From Eledone cirrhosa (Eukaryota), in NCBI GenBank assembly GCA_964016885.1, contig OZ024741.1, positions 127,162,001-127,226,000 of the forward strand: 64,000 nt of DNA. Direction: 5' to 3'. Shown here one piece after another: positions 26,845-40,851 of the stretch. The notes under the pieces were generated by a model, which was not told the origin of the DNA, made no database searches, and saw only the letters and a list, made by a program, of their open reading frames with translations. Within the stretch, counting starts at the first letter, position 1. Each line of letters opens with the position of its first letter. A program made the translations under genes and the position numbers.

Positions 26845-27158
26845 CACAGTGATTAGAGCATTTGGCTAGCAATCAGGAGGTTGTGAGTTCGATTCTCGGA
26901 CCGGGTTGCAAGACACTTAATTACGCGTTGCTCCAGTTTACTCAGCTGTAGACATGAGTTGCGACGTCACTGGTGTCACTGGTGTCACTGGTGTCACTGG
27001 TGTCACTGGTGTCACTGGATATTGTCTTTCCCTTAGACAAATCAGTGGTGTGGAGAGGGGCGGCTGGTATGCATGGCTGACTGCTGGTCTTCCAGAAACA
27101 ACTTTGCCCAGACTTGTGCCTTGGAGGGGAATTTTCTAGGTGCAAATCCCATGTCATT

Positions 27159-27162
<4 letters not shown>
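26845..27162 (+). mobile_element. SINE family 2 variant with internal (GTCACTGGT)x6 expansion
   Basis: gtgattagagc..gagttcgatt..gcaagacactta; 9-bp tandem at 26966-27018. Confidence 0.7.
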
Positions 27163-27220
<58 letters not shown>

Positions 27221-27226
<6 letters not shown>

Positions 27227-27555
27227 ATACTTGGGGAGGGTCATATTTGTGTAATATTGCCAAAATTAATAATAGAACACACTCACTGTTTGGTTGGTTT
27301 TCGCTTCTGTGTCTTTTATATCGGTAATCTAATTTATTCGGTCCTCAATGTTGCCATTGACTGACCGACGGTCAAAAATAATACAGATACAATATAGACA
27401 CAAACACATATATATAGTTTATCAAAGTTCTTTCGTTGCACATCTGCAACATCGTCAGTGGTGCTATTGTTTCCTCCCGTTACATTGTATGTCTACGCCA
27501 TTTTGCAGATACTTTGATAAACTATATATATGTGTTTGTGTCTATATTGTATCTG

Positions 27556-27560
<5 letters not shown>
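27221..27560. mobile_element. Family-A-related fold-back with HHR
   Basis: Arms 27379-27428 and 27511-27560. Minus 27462-27421: acca CTGACGA t gttgca gatg tgcaac GAAA gaac TT tgat. Confidence 0.75.
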
Positions 27561-27616
<56 letters not shown>

Positions 27617-28490
27617 TATATAGATATTATTTATATATGTCTTTGTGTTTATGTATATGTGTATATGTGTCAGTGTCTCATTGAATGTGTATGTATGTAT
27701 ATATATGTGTGTGTATTTATGTGAATGATAAGGTATGTATAAGTTTGTTTATATTACTTATGTATACAGAAAGACAGATCATATCGTTGTTAGCGGCTGT
27801 TCGATCAGTTGTTTGATCCTATTAAGTTTAATTTTTTCATAAATCTACATCTATAAATTTTTCATGACGTACACATAGATGATGAAAGTTAAAATAGAGA
27901 AAAATCAATCCATTCCATATAGATGATTATAAATCGATCACAAAAAACTCGAACTGTTTTTGATAAAATGCAAATATATATTAAATACAAAAAGAAAAGA
28001 AAAGAATTTAAAATATATCAAAGATTAAACTCATAATAAATAGGTGTTTGATTTTGTTAATGAAACCAAATGAGATTGTTAAATATTCATGTTTTTCTCG
28101 GTTTCAATTGGGAATCGAAAGCCCGTGAAAATTCTCACAAAATTTTAATGATGGATGTAATGCTCATAACATAACAAAATGGTGCTAAAATAAATACACA
28201 GATAATGTGCACCAATTAGAAACAGAAATATACACCTTCCTGTCAAAAATGTCAATTCAGGTATTAATGTTGAGACCAATCATATTGATTCTGCCTACTA
28301 TAAAGAACAGGCATTTATACGTCAGGAACACTTCATCTAGATAATGAGAACGCGAAAGCTTAAAAGTGTTATTAAACTGCGGTCATGCTGAAGCACCACC
28401 TTAATGAGATTTTAGTCAATCATTTTGACACCCATACTTATTCTATTGTCGAACTACTGTTTTACCTGACATAAACACAGACACACATTC

Positions 28491-28585
<95 letters not shown>

Positions 28586-28983
28586 GAGAGAGAGGGGGAT
28601 AAAGGGAGAGAGAGGAGGAGGAGGAAGGGGAGAAAGAGAGAGAGAGAGTTTCAAGATTGATCCTGTGACCTGTTAATCTGGAGATTCGTCTGCATGCTAC
28701 AAGTTTACCAGTTGTAGTTATCTAGTCTACTGAACATGTAGCATGCATTAGCGGTGGAAACTGTGGATCAGCCTTCATAAACTATATATGGCTCACTCGC
28801 ACTACATTGTCTTAAAAAGATCGTAGATCGTTACAGCCATGACTATAAGCGTTATTTCCATTATTTGCTACTGTGATCGAAGCAATTTTCGGTTTGAACT
28901 AGTGAGGATAGTTTCGGTTGACCAGAGTGTTACACTCCCTCTCACATGTTCATATTCAGACAGCGTGACTATGGTCTTTGATC

Positions 28984-29076
<93 letters not shown>

Positions 29077-29214
29077 TCTCTCTCTCTCTCTCTCTCTGTA
29101 GTATAAGTTCTAATATATGACATAAATGGTTGTCTTATCAAGTGCGTGTGTGCGTTTATGTTTTCTCTCTTTCACTCACTGCCTCCGTCACTCTCGCTCT
29201 CTCCATCTCTCACT

Positions 29215-30045
29215 ATTATATGCATTTAGGAGCCCACACGCTGATCGCCACACGGTTCTGACGAACAGAATAGAGAAGACATTTCCCCGGAAGATGGTGA
29301 GGGAGATGCGTTGGAAGAGCCTGCTGGTAGTGAACTCTGTGCCGATGGTGGTGAGTAGGGAGATGGTCGTAAGGCGAAGGGCACCAGAAGTCTCCACTGC
29401 TACATGCTCGACCGCAAACCTGTCGGAGAATGACCGATATTTGGAGAGTCACCCACTTCGACCGGAAGTGCAGCAGAGCCTGGATTAGTCACAAACTACA
29501 CCAGGTTGCTGCTGGAGAAGGTGTCGCTGCATGTGGCATCCCAGATGAGACTTTTATCACCGAGGAATGGGAAGATGGTCATGCCGTCTGGCCTTGCTGG
29601 GAGGGGAGGCCTGCAGCATCCAAGCGATGCTTTATGATCACGTCTAGAGTAGCATGGCATGGAAAGTGACCGGCAATGTAACGACATGACATCAGATGGA
29701 GGCCGAAAGTGTCTACAGTAGATCCGCAGCAACATTTATGTGGCTCGTAGATCCAGGGGCCTAACCTCAGGGAAACCCCCAATCGCTGTAGGTTGCGAGG
29801 CCGAGCGAAAACATGCGAGGCGGTACTGGCCGAGCTGGCGCGCTAGCCTGTCCGAGGCCAAGCCGCACTGGATGACATCGCATATGCTGTGGAAGGATTT
29901 GACGTCTACAAGGGGAAGAGAAGGACGGTCGTCTACAGGGCGGCGTCCGGATCGGTCCAAGTTGCACAGGCGGCTTCGTGTTTCTCGATTAAAGTGGGTT
30001 CCATAATGTTGTGGATAACCCTGTTGATGATAACACGGCAAGAGG
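29215..30045 (-). mobile_element. CRE-like non-LTR retrotransposon 3' fragment (zinc knuckle + RLE), frameshifted
   Basis: SLRLG..HKCCCG..DTFGLHLMSC, RPDGMTIFPF..LIWDATCSDT, VAVETSGA, LFQRISLTIFRGN. Confidence 0.85.
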
Positions 30046-30620
30046 TTACCGTAGTAACACTCCCCTAAGGCCTTTTAGTTTCACACCTTGTTGATATATA
30101 TATATCTATTATATATATAGATATATAGATATATATATATATATTATTATTATTATTACTAATATCTGCTTCTTCTCGGTGAGCTTACATATATATAATT
30201 ACTGGTATGTTGATCAAAGGTTATCTTCCTTTGTCTTTAAAGAACATACCTATCCCATCTAAAGATACATATGAAAAACTACTGATTAATAGTGTCAATT
30301 CTCTTATTAAAAGAGTTAGATGGATGGCTTTCCACTATGATAGGAACCGCCCTGTGAAAGATCAAGATGCACCTTCGTTCGGATCATACGGTTTCAAAAC
30401 ATATAAAAGCCCTCCACATAATACCTTACTGGACACATTTGAAAATGACCTTGTGTCACTTGTTAAAAGAATTAAATACAGAAAATAAGAAGAACAACTT
30501 TCTAAATAACCTAAATTCCACTATCAAAAATTTTAATAAAAATAGGAATATCTTAGTACTAGCTGATAAAACTAAAAACATATATAGCCTAGATTATGAT
30601 GCATATAGAAAATTTATATA

Positions 30621-31012
30621 CGAGGGCAAATCCAATAGTAAGGTCTCCTTCCGAATTTGCAGCTTTTCCGTTAAAATCCTGTGGATGGTGTTCGGGAAAC
30701 CTCAGGAACCAAAATGCAGAGAGCATCCAGAGTGATCCGCCGATCTTTACACATGTTTTCCTCGGAAGGAGACCTTACTTTTAGGATTGCCCTCTATATA
30801 ATAACTGCACGAAATTCTCACTTGGCGGTAGCGTTCAACGGGAGCTCCATTCTCAACGGCTGCCAAGCCAAGATTGAGCATCCCAGCGAAGCGCGCACAT
30901 GCTTGTTTGGGAGTGAAGGAAACACCAATCACAACAGTGTTGCCAACAGCCGTACGAACAGTTTCTCTGCGTCCCCATCGCTTTGGAGACCTTACTTTTG
31001 GGATTACGCTCG
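30621..31012. mobile_element. mariner-type MITE inserted in the Hydra ORF
   Basis: TIR cgagggcaaatccaatagtaaggtctcc versus ggagaccttacttttgggattacgctcg, TA TSD. Removing it restores YRKFIY|NELYKNYKK. An extra internal TIR lies at 30763-30794. Confidence 0.88.
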
Positions 31013-33271
31013 TATAATGAACTCTATAAAAACTACAAAAAAGCATCTCATAAATACCTAGACGATATAAATATTGAAGCGCGTAGTTTAATATGTAAAT
31101 TAGGACTAGAGAGATATACTCAACCTTACACCCCTAATCCCCACGATTCTCTCTGAAAGACCATAAGGAAGACTTCAATACCAACCCATCAATTAGACTA
31201 ATTTGCCCCTCCAGATCCGATATTGGTATTATTAGTAAAAACATTTTGGATAAAGTTATCCCCCAAATTAAACAAAAATTCCATTTTAACCTCTGGGGAA
31301 ACACTAGCGAAGTAATTGAATGGTTCAATGGTATTAATGAAAATAATAAGAAGAAATTTATCCAATTTGATATAAACTCTTACTACACCTCTATTTCACC
31401 TTTTAAATAAAGCACTAATAATGGCCAAGAATAATAGTGAACTTACTAGATCCCAGGTAGGTATCATCCTTGCGGCCAAGGAAACCATAATTGCATTTGA
31501 AGACCCAATTATGGACCCGTAAGAATACACCTAACAACTTCGATATCACTAGGGGATCTAGCGACTCGGCACAGGTTACTGACTTAGTTGGCTTATTTCT
31601 CTTAAATGAAATACATAAGAATTTACCTTACCTTAACGCACTTTTCCTCTTAGATTTTAAAAAATTTAATATAGAAAGAACTAGAAAACAATTACATAAA
31701 ATATTTAAAAACTTCAACTTAAGTATCACTTTAGATAAAAACACCAAAAATGTTAACTTCCTTGGCGTTACTCTCTACTTAGACTCTAAAACGTACACAC
31801 CTTATCATAAACCCAATGAAAAACTTTTCTATGTTAATACCAACTCTAACCACCCCAAATCTGTATTGACATCAATCATTAAAGGTGTATCTAATAGAAT
31901 TTCTAGTCTTTCTTACAACGAGACTACATTTAACCGTAACTCCCAATACTTTAATGAAGCCTTAGCTCGTTCGGGCCATAGAGATAAAATTAAATTTAAA
32001 CCTAAATCGTCGTCTATCCATAAACAATCTAATATAATTTCACACAACATGGCCATGAATAAAATTAAATATAATCATAGTATTGAAAATCCCGACTCCA
32101 ATACAGAGGGTATCAAAAACGTTAACTCACACCACAACAATAATCATAAGAAAACCCACAGAAAGAAAAATTGTTAAAAACAAAAATAAAAATAATACGG
32201 TACCTAACACCACACAAAACAATAATATAAATAACAATCATAAGAAGAATAGAAGAAGAAGTAACACATTTTTTAATCCTCCTTTCAACTTAAATGCCTC
32301 AACCAACATACCTAAAGCTTTCTTCTCTATTTTAAATTTTAAAAAAATTCCCAATTAACCATAAATACCACAACCTATTTAACAAAAATACTATTAAAAT
32401 CTTTTACTCCACCACACCCAACATCATAGACCATATAGCTAGCAGTAACACGAGGAAGATTAATAAGTACTTCAGATTACACCAAGTTAATCATGTCCAA
32501 CATAGAAATAACTTTAACAATAACTCAGTACAGGACTATACTGTAAGTACTAGTAATAATACCAATAATAACTAAGATTGAAACCTTGACCAGGATGACC
32601 GCCAATAATAACGATAATAATATTTACCATAACCTTAATACTAGAAGTATAAACAGGAATAACCGCTCAAATTCATACCCCCTTAACCAATATACTAGTT
32701 ACCAAAACAATTGTAATTGTAGACCTAATAGAACATGCCCATTATGTAAGAACTGCCTTATTAAAGACATTATCTACTCCTGTACTGTCACTGCTAATCA
32801 TATTTCGAAAGTCTATATAGGTTCAACATCAAATAGCTTTAAGACCAGATATAATTCGCGCCTCCATTCGTTCAGAAACCCTAGACTTAGTAATGTACAC
32901 TCATTAAAATCAAGCAATATGCCATACACCTTAGAATGGGAAGTGATAGCTAAGGCCCCTTCATATAAAATACCTAACAAATTTTGTATCCTTTGCATCC
33001 TCGAGTCTAGAACTATTATTCATTCTAATCTTAACCTGCTAAATAGGAAATCAGAGATTTTTTCCACGTGTCCACATTACCACAGATTTTCTTTCTACTA
33101 CTTCAAACAAAGTAGCTGATATAAACCAATGTCGTAAATAATACTAGACCACTACCTTTAAATTTATCCCATTAGATGTTTGTAATTATATAACTACACC
33201 TTAACTTAAACAAACCAGACCAACCTATATCCTGTCCGATATCCCTTCTTAGTTATCAAAGTAGCACCATT

Positions 33272-33358
<87 letters not shown>

Positions 33359-34727
33359 TAAACCCCTTCTTTGATCTCTCACCTAATACAATTCTAACTT
33401 TTCTTAATAACCAAATAATAAATAATTTAGACACCCTCATATACTCTCAATACTTATTTCTAAAACAATATGTAACACTAATTAAATAGGTGACAACAGT
33501 GTATATAACACTAATTACTCCATTATATATTATATAAATCCCTATCTTGTTATAAAAGATTTTAACTCTCTCTGCACAATCTGAATATATATATATTCTC
33601 ACACATATATATGTATTATATAAATCCCTACCTTGTTATAAAAAAATGTTTAACTCTCTCTACACAATTTGAATAGATAAGAATAACAAATAACTTTTAT
33701 ATATAATTAATTAATAATCATTAATAATATTTTATAAATATTAATTTATAACTCTACTTAATGAAAGATGACTTTCAATAGATAATAAAATCCATTTACA
33801 ATAAAACAACCCTTAGTTTATCAATAACCTTAAGTACGTCCTTAATTACCTCCCTTTGTTATTAACTCCCCTGGAGAATACAGATTCCTTTTTTTAAATT
33901 CATAACGTTAAAACAACTTAACGACTTCTCAACTGCCTAATAACTATCAATGGAACTCGCACATAAAGCAAACTCTAATATTCCTTAATAGAAAATTTAA
34001 AGATAGGAATGCATAGTATAATATACTTACTATAACAACATGGCCAGTAATTCAGTGGAATTTATTTTTACTAAACACATATCTATAAACTATACACATC
34101 TCAAAAACATTACATCTAAAATTAAGAAAATTCCATGGTTAATAGATCTGTGTTACACCCAACATATACATCTATATACGAACTCCAATATAAAAATTCT
34201 TGAATGAAAATTACCTATCTAATTCAATCACGTGCTTTGCATTACATCTTACAAAACATATATCCATGTTATCACCTTATGTCTCTATACCATATTGCAC
34301 GCCATTTTAAAAAATTTAAACATTTCTAACACTTGCAACATGCTTTTACATTCTACATGAAATATGCTTGTTTCAGCTATAATATAACTCTTACCTCATA
34401 TATGCCTTTATTAATTGTATTGACTCTTGCATTATATACCCTTAACATTACCTGATTTCCAATGCTATATCTTCTATCTATCTTATCTTACATCTTTTTT
34501 TTTTTTTGCTTGTACCTTTTGCACATGTACCTTACACAATACCTTTATACATAATATGCTTATTTTTCACTTTCACCATTGCTCCTTGTAATTGTGTTTT
34601 CTAAAGCATAACATTCTTTTTTTAACTCTCGATTTTCTATATGATGTCTATAACACTGAAAACAGTTATGTATCTACCTAAATGTTCTGAAGACTAGGAT
34701 TTTAATCACCTGTTTAAACATTCCCTA

Positions 34728-34774
34728 TGCTCCGATGATTCCAGACATCCCTCTGGAAGAAACAATTGTCATCA
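34728..34774 (+). ncRNA. Degenerate hammerhead at the Hydra PLE 3' end
   Basis: tgct CCGATGA ttccaga catccc tctggaa GAAA caattg TC atca; U4 is C. Confidence 0.6.
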
Positions 34775-34946
34775 AATAAATGTATTAAACTAAGATATGA
34801 TTGTTTTAATATTTTGTATCTCGGCTCTGTAATACACTTAATAATTTACATTGAACCTTTTCCCCTACCGGTAACTGGCTAGTACTTAGTACTACCCTCC
34901 ATATTTATAATTGTATATTAAACATATATAAGTATACATATTATTA

Positions 34947-35016
<70 letters not shown>

Positions 35017-35115
35017 GTTTACATATATATATATATATATATACATACATATACGTGTTTTGCAACGGGTCACTTTGTGGCTCAATGAAAAGTTAATAAA
35101 TTAAATAATCAGAGC

Positions 35116-35451
35116 TATATATCATAAAACATGTCTATAGAATCACCAGATAAAATATATACCATTTCCTCTCCCAATTAGCATAATTAACTATATAAAA
35201 AATCGAATAGACCAGGCTATAAGAATAAGGCTTCTATGAAGAAATCTCCAACAAATAACCGAAACTAGCCCTTGGCGTCGGCCGCGTCGGCCGCGCCAAG
35301 GGAAGGGCTAGTTTCGGTTATTTGTTGGAGATTTCTTCATAGAAGCCTTATTCTTATAGCCTGGTCTATTCGATTTTTTATATAGTTAATTATGCTAATT
35401 GGGAGAGGAAATGGTATATATTTTATCTGGTGATTCTATAGACATGTTTTA

Positions 35452-35460
<9 letters not shown>
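35116..35460. mobile_element. Near-perfect fold-back cassette (family E) with GC-rich centre
   Basis: About 158-bp arms at 35116-35273 and 35303-35460. Diverged single arm at about 25055-25135. Confidence 0.88.
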
Positions 35461-35539
<79 letters not shown>

Positions 35540-35588
35540 GTATATATATATATATATGTGTGTGTGTATAAATATATATTTATATATT

Positions 35589-35658
<70 letters not shown>

Positions 35659-36385
35659 TATACAACATTATTCACACAGATCTGACACTCTGATAACAAA
35701 TTAGAGATCCGTACACCGGAATAATCTCTCTGAGTCAATAATATATAGAGTTGCAGAGAAACAACCTTGCCAAATTTTGGTGATTTCCCATTCTCTGAAT
35801 ATAGGTATTCGGCAGCGAAACAGCAACGCATTAATAAGTAACTTTATGATTAAATACAAACTAAAACTAAATTCGTTGTACATTGATTAACGAACGACAT
35901 TTAATTACATTCATAGTCGAACCAGAGTTGCGTCACTTGCCATGAGCTGTATCTTTACAGGAAATAACAAGGAAATAACCAGTTGCGTCTCTTGTCTTAG
36001 AAAGGGCGTAAGCGAAACACTACAACGCGTGAAAAATATATTCAACATGACATGCAGCAACGAGTGAAATACATCGAGCATCCACACAAACTAAAACGAA
36101 ATTTTGAGAAGCTGCTCATAGCGAAAGCGGTTAGTACAAAAACTAATTAGATAATCATGACTATTTCTCAAAACCCACCTATAATTTAAGACAAACTAAA
36201 TTTTATTTTCTATGATGTAATGACTTTCTTTGTGTACTGTACGTTAGCATGTATATATATATATATATATATACATACATACATATATATATATATTTAC
36301 ATATAAATATTATATATATATATATATACATACATACATATATATATATTTACATATAAATATATATATATATATATATACATAC

Positions 36386-36453
<68 letters not shown>

Positions 36454-36865
36454 CACAGAGAGAGGGGAGCAAGAGAGAGTGGGTCAGACAGGGTAATAGA
36501 ATATGTATTTCAAATGGCTTTGTCTACCAAAGAACACACAAGAATCAAATCAAAATAAAAAGTAAAAAGCAAAATACATCGTACATCGTCTGTTGTTGTT
36601 GTTGTGGTGGTGGCAGTGGTGGGGTGGCGGTGGCGGAGGGGGTGGTGGGGGTGGGTATGGTGATGGTGAGGATGGTGGTGGTGGTGTTTTTTTTCTGTTT
36701 CCTTTATTGCTTTTCTTCTTTCAGTTTATTTAATCTTTATCGAATGTCCGCAGTAAAATTATCTCTTCTTCCTGCTGGAATGTAATTTAGTTTGTTTGGT
36801 TCTTCTTATTTTCTTGTCTATCATTTGTTCGTTTATTTAGAATTGTAAATTTGTATATTTATTCT

Positions 36866-36990
36866 AGGCGGCCAGTTGGCAGAGTCGTTAATACGTCGGA
36901 TAGAATGTTTTGCGGTATTCGTCCTATTCTCTGCTTCACCGAGGTCAACTTTGCCTTTCATCCATTCAAGGTAGAGGTAGATAAAAAGAT
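36866..36990 (+). mobile_element. Degenerate SINE family 1-like copy
   Basis: aggcggccagttggcagagtcgtta..gaggtcaactttgcctttcatcc. Confidence 0.65.
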
Positions 36991-37324
36991 AAATAAGGTC
37001 TATTCCTTCTCTATATCTCTTTCTTTTACTTTATATCCTTCTCTGAAAGTGATCTACTGTATTCAGACCTGGGGAAGAGGTTTTAAAATGCCCTAGAAAC
37101 ACTGTATGTCAATGCGGCTCCCATACAACCCACTCAGCAGTTACGGGACCATATATGCACATATTTATTCTACAATTTTTATTTATTTATTTTTGTTTTG
37201 CTTTTGTTTGTTTTTTGTTATCTTATATACGGTTCAATAATGGAAACAAATGAGACAAGATTTAATAGTTGATTAATCCATTGTCTTAAGGTCGTTTCAA
37301 AGAGCAAAATAAATTTCATCAATA

Positions 37325-37569
37325 TCTATATATCTAAAACAGAGAATGTCTGTCTGTCTGTCTCCCTAAAACTCGAGAACCACCCAACCGATTGTTTTCA
37401 AACTTTACACATGTAATACTTATGGTCCTGGGGACCGCATTAGCCGATTTAGCGAGCTCTCTCTATAATTCTTAGTCTTTCTTTTTAGATAGATACATAA
37501 ATATAACGTTGCGCCCTTATAATATCTGTCTGTATGTCTGGCTGTCTGCATTACAACATTATGACGTCG

Positions 37570-37609
<40 letters not shown>

Positions 37610-37780
37610 ATATATAGTATGTGTATATATATATATATATATAGTGTGTGTAACGTTTTTCGAAATATTTACTTCTGCGTTCACAGATTGATCTTTTTAG
37701 TTTCAGAAGATCCCGTTAAGGGTGAAAGCAGCGATTCTTTGCTTAAACTTTAATCTGTTATTTTAATATATATATATATA

Positions 37781-37823
<43 letters not shown>

Positions 37824-37964
37824 TCGTGTACAGATATTTTTGCATACACAATAACAAAATATAAACAAACGTATTTATTTCACGAGGCTCGATAAGGATA
37901 AATATATATCAAATATTTAAGAACCCTAGAGCAAACCCCGAACAACGCCGGGCCATTCTGCTAG
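37325..37964 (+). mobile_element. Non-autonomous Helitron
   Basis: A|TC 5' end with (gtct)n; 3' hairpin cccg aacaacgc cggg followed by CTAG|T. Confidence 0.82.
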
Positions 37965-38394
37965 TATTGATTAAATGATAGCAGTTATGCAACTTCATAG
38001 TATTAGCCTCGACAAAAAACATCCATTCTGCCGTTCACCCTCAGAAACGATTAGTTAATATGTCGATGAAATCTTAGTTTGTACATGGCCTGTATACATG
38101 GCCTATGTATAGGGTATTGGACACACGATTGTCGGGTCATGGATTCAATTCCTTGACCGTGTACTGTGAGATGTTCTTCAACAAAATACTTTATTTCACG
38201 TTGTACATTCTGCCAGGAGTTGCGATCAGCAGATAATATCAGTAACTAAAAGCCCAGTGGAAACATCCCTTGCTCTGTAGGAAACATTCCTTGCTCCGTA
38301 AAATTCTTATGATTAGCTGAAAATCGTTTGCCCCAAATACAAAGGTTTTAGAAAGAGCAAGAATCTCATCAATTCACACAAAGCTGTTTTCCAT

Positions 38395-38590
38395 TTAGCT
38401 GAGGTGGACTGGCCACTTAATACGGATGAGGGACGAGTGCATCTCAAGGTAAGTTTTTATGGAGAGTTATCAGTTGGGAAGCGAAATCAATGCAAACAAA
38501 AACAACGGTGTAAAGACTTGTTAAAAATCCTATTTAAGGAGTTGAATACCACACAAAGATGTGGAAATCTATTACTCTCTGATCTGGGAT
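38395..38590 (+). pseudogene. Degenerate RTE (BovB-like) ORF 3' fragment
   Basis: RWTGHLIRM, then KVSFYGELSVGKRNQCKQKQRCKDLLK. Confidence 0.65.
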
Positions 38591-38881
38591 AAAAATTTCT
38601 TACATGGAATAAAAATAAATTGGAAGAAAGATATTCTAAGATGAAAATTGTCCGGCTAGTATTCTACATTTGGAGAAAGTCCCGCGCTGGTCTAAAAATG
38701 TATTTAAATATCCACAAATTATACAAAACAAACAATACTATGCCACTTAAAGTGAGACATTGCAGGAAAGTCTATAGTGGCCAGGATCTCTCCTTTTTAT
38801 CTCAAGGTACAGCTTGATGTCATCTGCACATTTCAGCACTATGGCATTCTTTAAGCTGGAAACTATGTCATTAATATATGC

Positions 38882-39062
38882 TGGATTGGCAGTATCGGTA
38901 GAGGGTCGGACGCCGTGCTTTGACGCATAGAGTTACGGTCCTTGCCATTCTGAGTTCAAATCCCGCCGAGGTTTACTTTGCCTTTCATCCTTACGGGGTC
39001 GATAAAATAAAGTACCAGTAATGCACTGGGTAATTGCTGGCCTTGTGCCAAAAGTAGAAACA
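38882..39062 (+). mobile_element. SINE family 1, short form, with TSD
   Basis: TSD attaatatatgc at 38870-38881 and 39063-39074. Confidence 0.88.
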
Positions 39063-39336
39063 ATTAATATATGCAACAAACAAAAGGAGACGAAGAATAG
39101 ATCCCAGCGGTACACCAGATGACATGTCATAGGGTGAAGAATGGTGTCCTAGAATCGTGACTACCTATTTTCGACTGAGAATGAAGGACCTCAAACAGTT
39201 AAAAAGATCATCTTTCACAACCATTGCAACCATTGCATAAGTCTTTTGTGTAGCACAGAATTAAAAGCTTTAGCAAAGTCAAGGTAAACAACATCCACCC
39301 ATGAGCCGGCATCAGTGATCCGGGTGATATTTATTC

Positions 39337-39386
<50 letters not shown>

Positions 39387-39399
39387 ATATATATATATG

Positions 39400-39454
<55 letters not shown>

Positions 39455-39483
39455 ATATATATATATATGTATATATATATATG

Positions 39484-39555
<72 letters not shown>

Positions 39556-39699
39556 AATACATTTATAAATGAATATATGTGGTGTGATATGTGCGTGTGT
39601 ACATTCGTTTAAGTGCATGCTCCTCCTCTCTCTCCTCCCTCTTTTTCTTTCTTTTTATATGTACTGTTTATAAATAATTAAATCTCTCTTTTTTATAAC

Positions 39700-39910
39700 A
39701 ACAGCATCAAGCATTAACCTAATATATCCCTTCCATATACTGTACCGTTTGTGTTGTTATTTCTGTTTACCTTTTACATACATATCTATATATATATATA
39801 TATGAAAATGTATGACCCCGGCGGCAGAGCTCAAGCCGTTTCGATTACCCTAAGTATTGAGTACTGTGGTGCGTTATGGTCCATCTGGTTCCTTACCACA
39901 ACTCCTTCGT

Positions 39911-39912
<2 letters not shown>
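39700..39912. mobile_element. Family D 3' end followed by a family B fold-back
   Basis: 39705-39783 matches 19010-19081; 39805-39912 is family B. Confidence 0.75.
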
Positions 39913-39974
<62 letters not shown>

Positions 39975-40007
39975 GGGGAGAGAGAGAGAGAGAGAGAGAG
40001 AGTGCGT

Positions 40008-40041
<34 letters not shown>

Positions 40042-40061
40042 GAGAGAGAGAGTGAGGGAGA

Positions 40062-40134
<73 letters not shown>

Positions 40135-40309
40135 ATAAGTGTGAAAAATGCAGAAAAAAGTGTACAATAAAAACTTTTTTTTTTATTTCTCAAACACAAA
40201 AGGTGTGACGCAAGTATCTCAAAAGTATATCTGTATATGAAAAATACCGAACAGATATTTTGACAGAAAATAAAAAAATTATAGCAAAATTCCATTTTTC
40301 TTTATTTTC

Positions 40310-40620
40310 TTCTCTTATCAAGCTTCTTTTCATTAGTACATCACCAGCTTTCATTCACTTTTCATCTTGTTGATAAAACTCCTTCATATTGGTATATTTT
40401 CATTCATCATTTATCTCTACTCTGATCAAACTTCTTCGATGATTCTGTATGTTTTCACTCCTTTTTCATCTCTGCTTTGATCAAACTTCTTCGTATCAGT
40501 ATATTTTCATTCATTTTTTTGCCTCCTGTTAACAAACTCTTTCATACCGGTGCGTTTTCATTTTACTTTCATCTTATCTCTTTAAAAATCCTTCATGGTC
40601 TCGATCATTCTAAGAAACTT
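40310..40620. repeat. Degenerate minisatellite, unit about 55-60 bp
   Basis: Recurring tgatcaaacttcttc(g/a)t..atattttcattc, about 5 units. Confidence 0.6.
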
Positions 40621-40782
40621 TCGTTCATTTCTTGTTTCTCTTACTTCTGTCCACGTATCATGGTTACCAACGTTTGTTATTGCAATACAATGGACTATAT
40701 ACATAAGTATAATTTATAATTAATATTTACTTGGAAATTGTTTACGCATTGTTTTCAATGAAATATCTCTATATATATAAAA

Positions 40783-40851
<69 letters not shown>

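Larger units (their letters stand above)
30160..34950 (+). mobile_element. Near-full-length Hydra-type PLE (decayed) with long 3' UTR, between TA-rich tracts
   Basis: N-terminal SLKNIPIPSK..LIKRVRWMAF, ADKTKNIY, LKDHKEDF, FIQFDI, VNFLGVTL, FFNPPF, CNCRPNRTCPL, VYIGSTS, CILCILE, LLNRKSEIFSTCPH. The catalytic DD region appears deleted. The 3' boundary is approximate. Confidence 0.9.
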
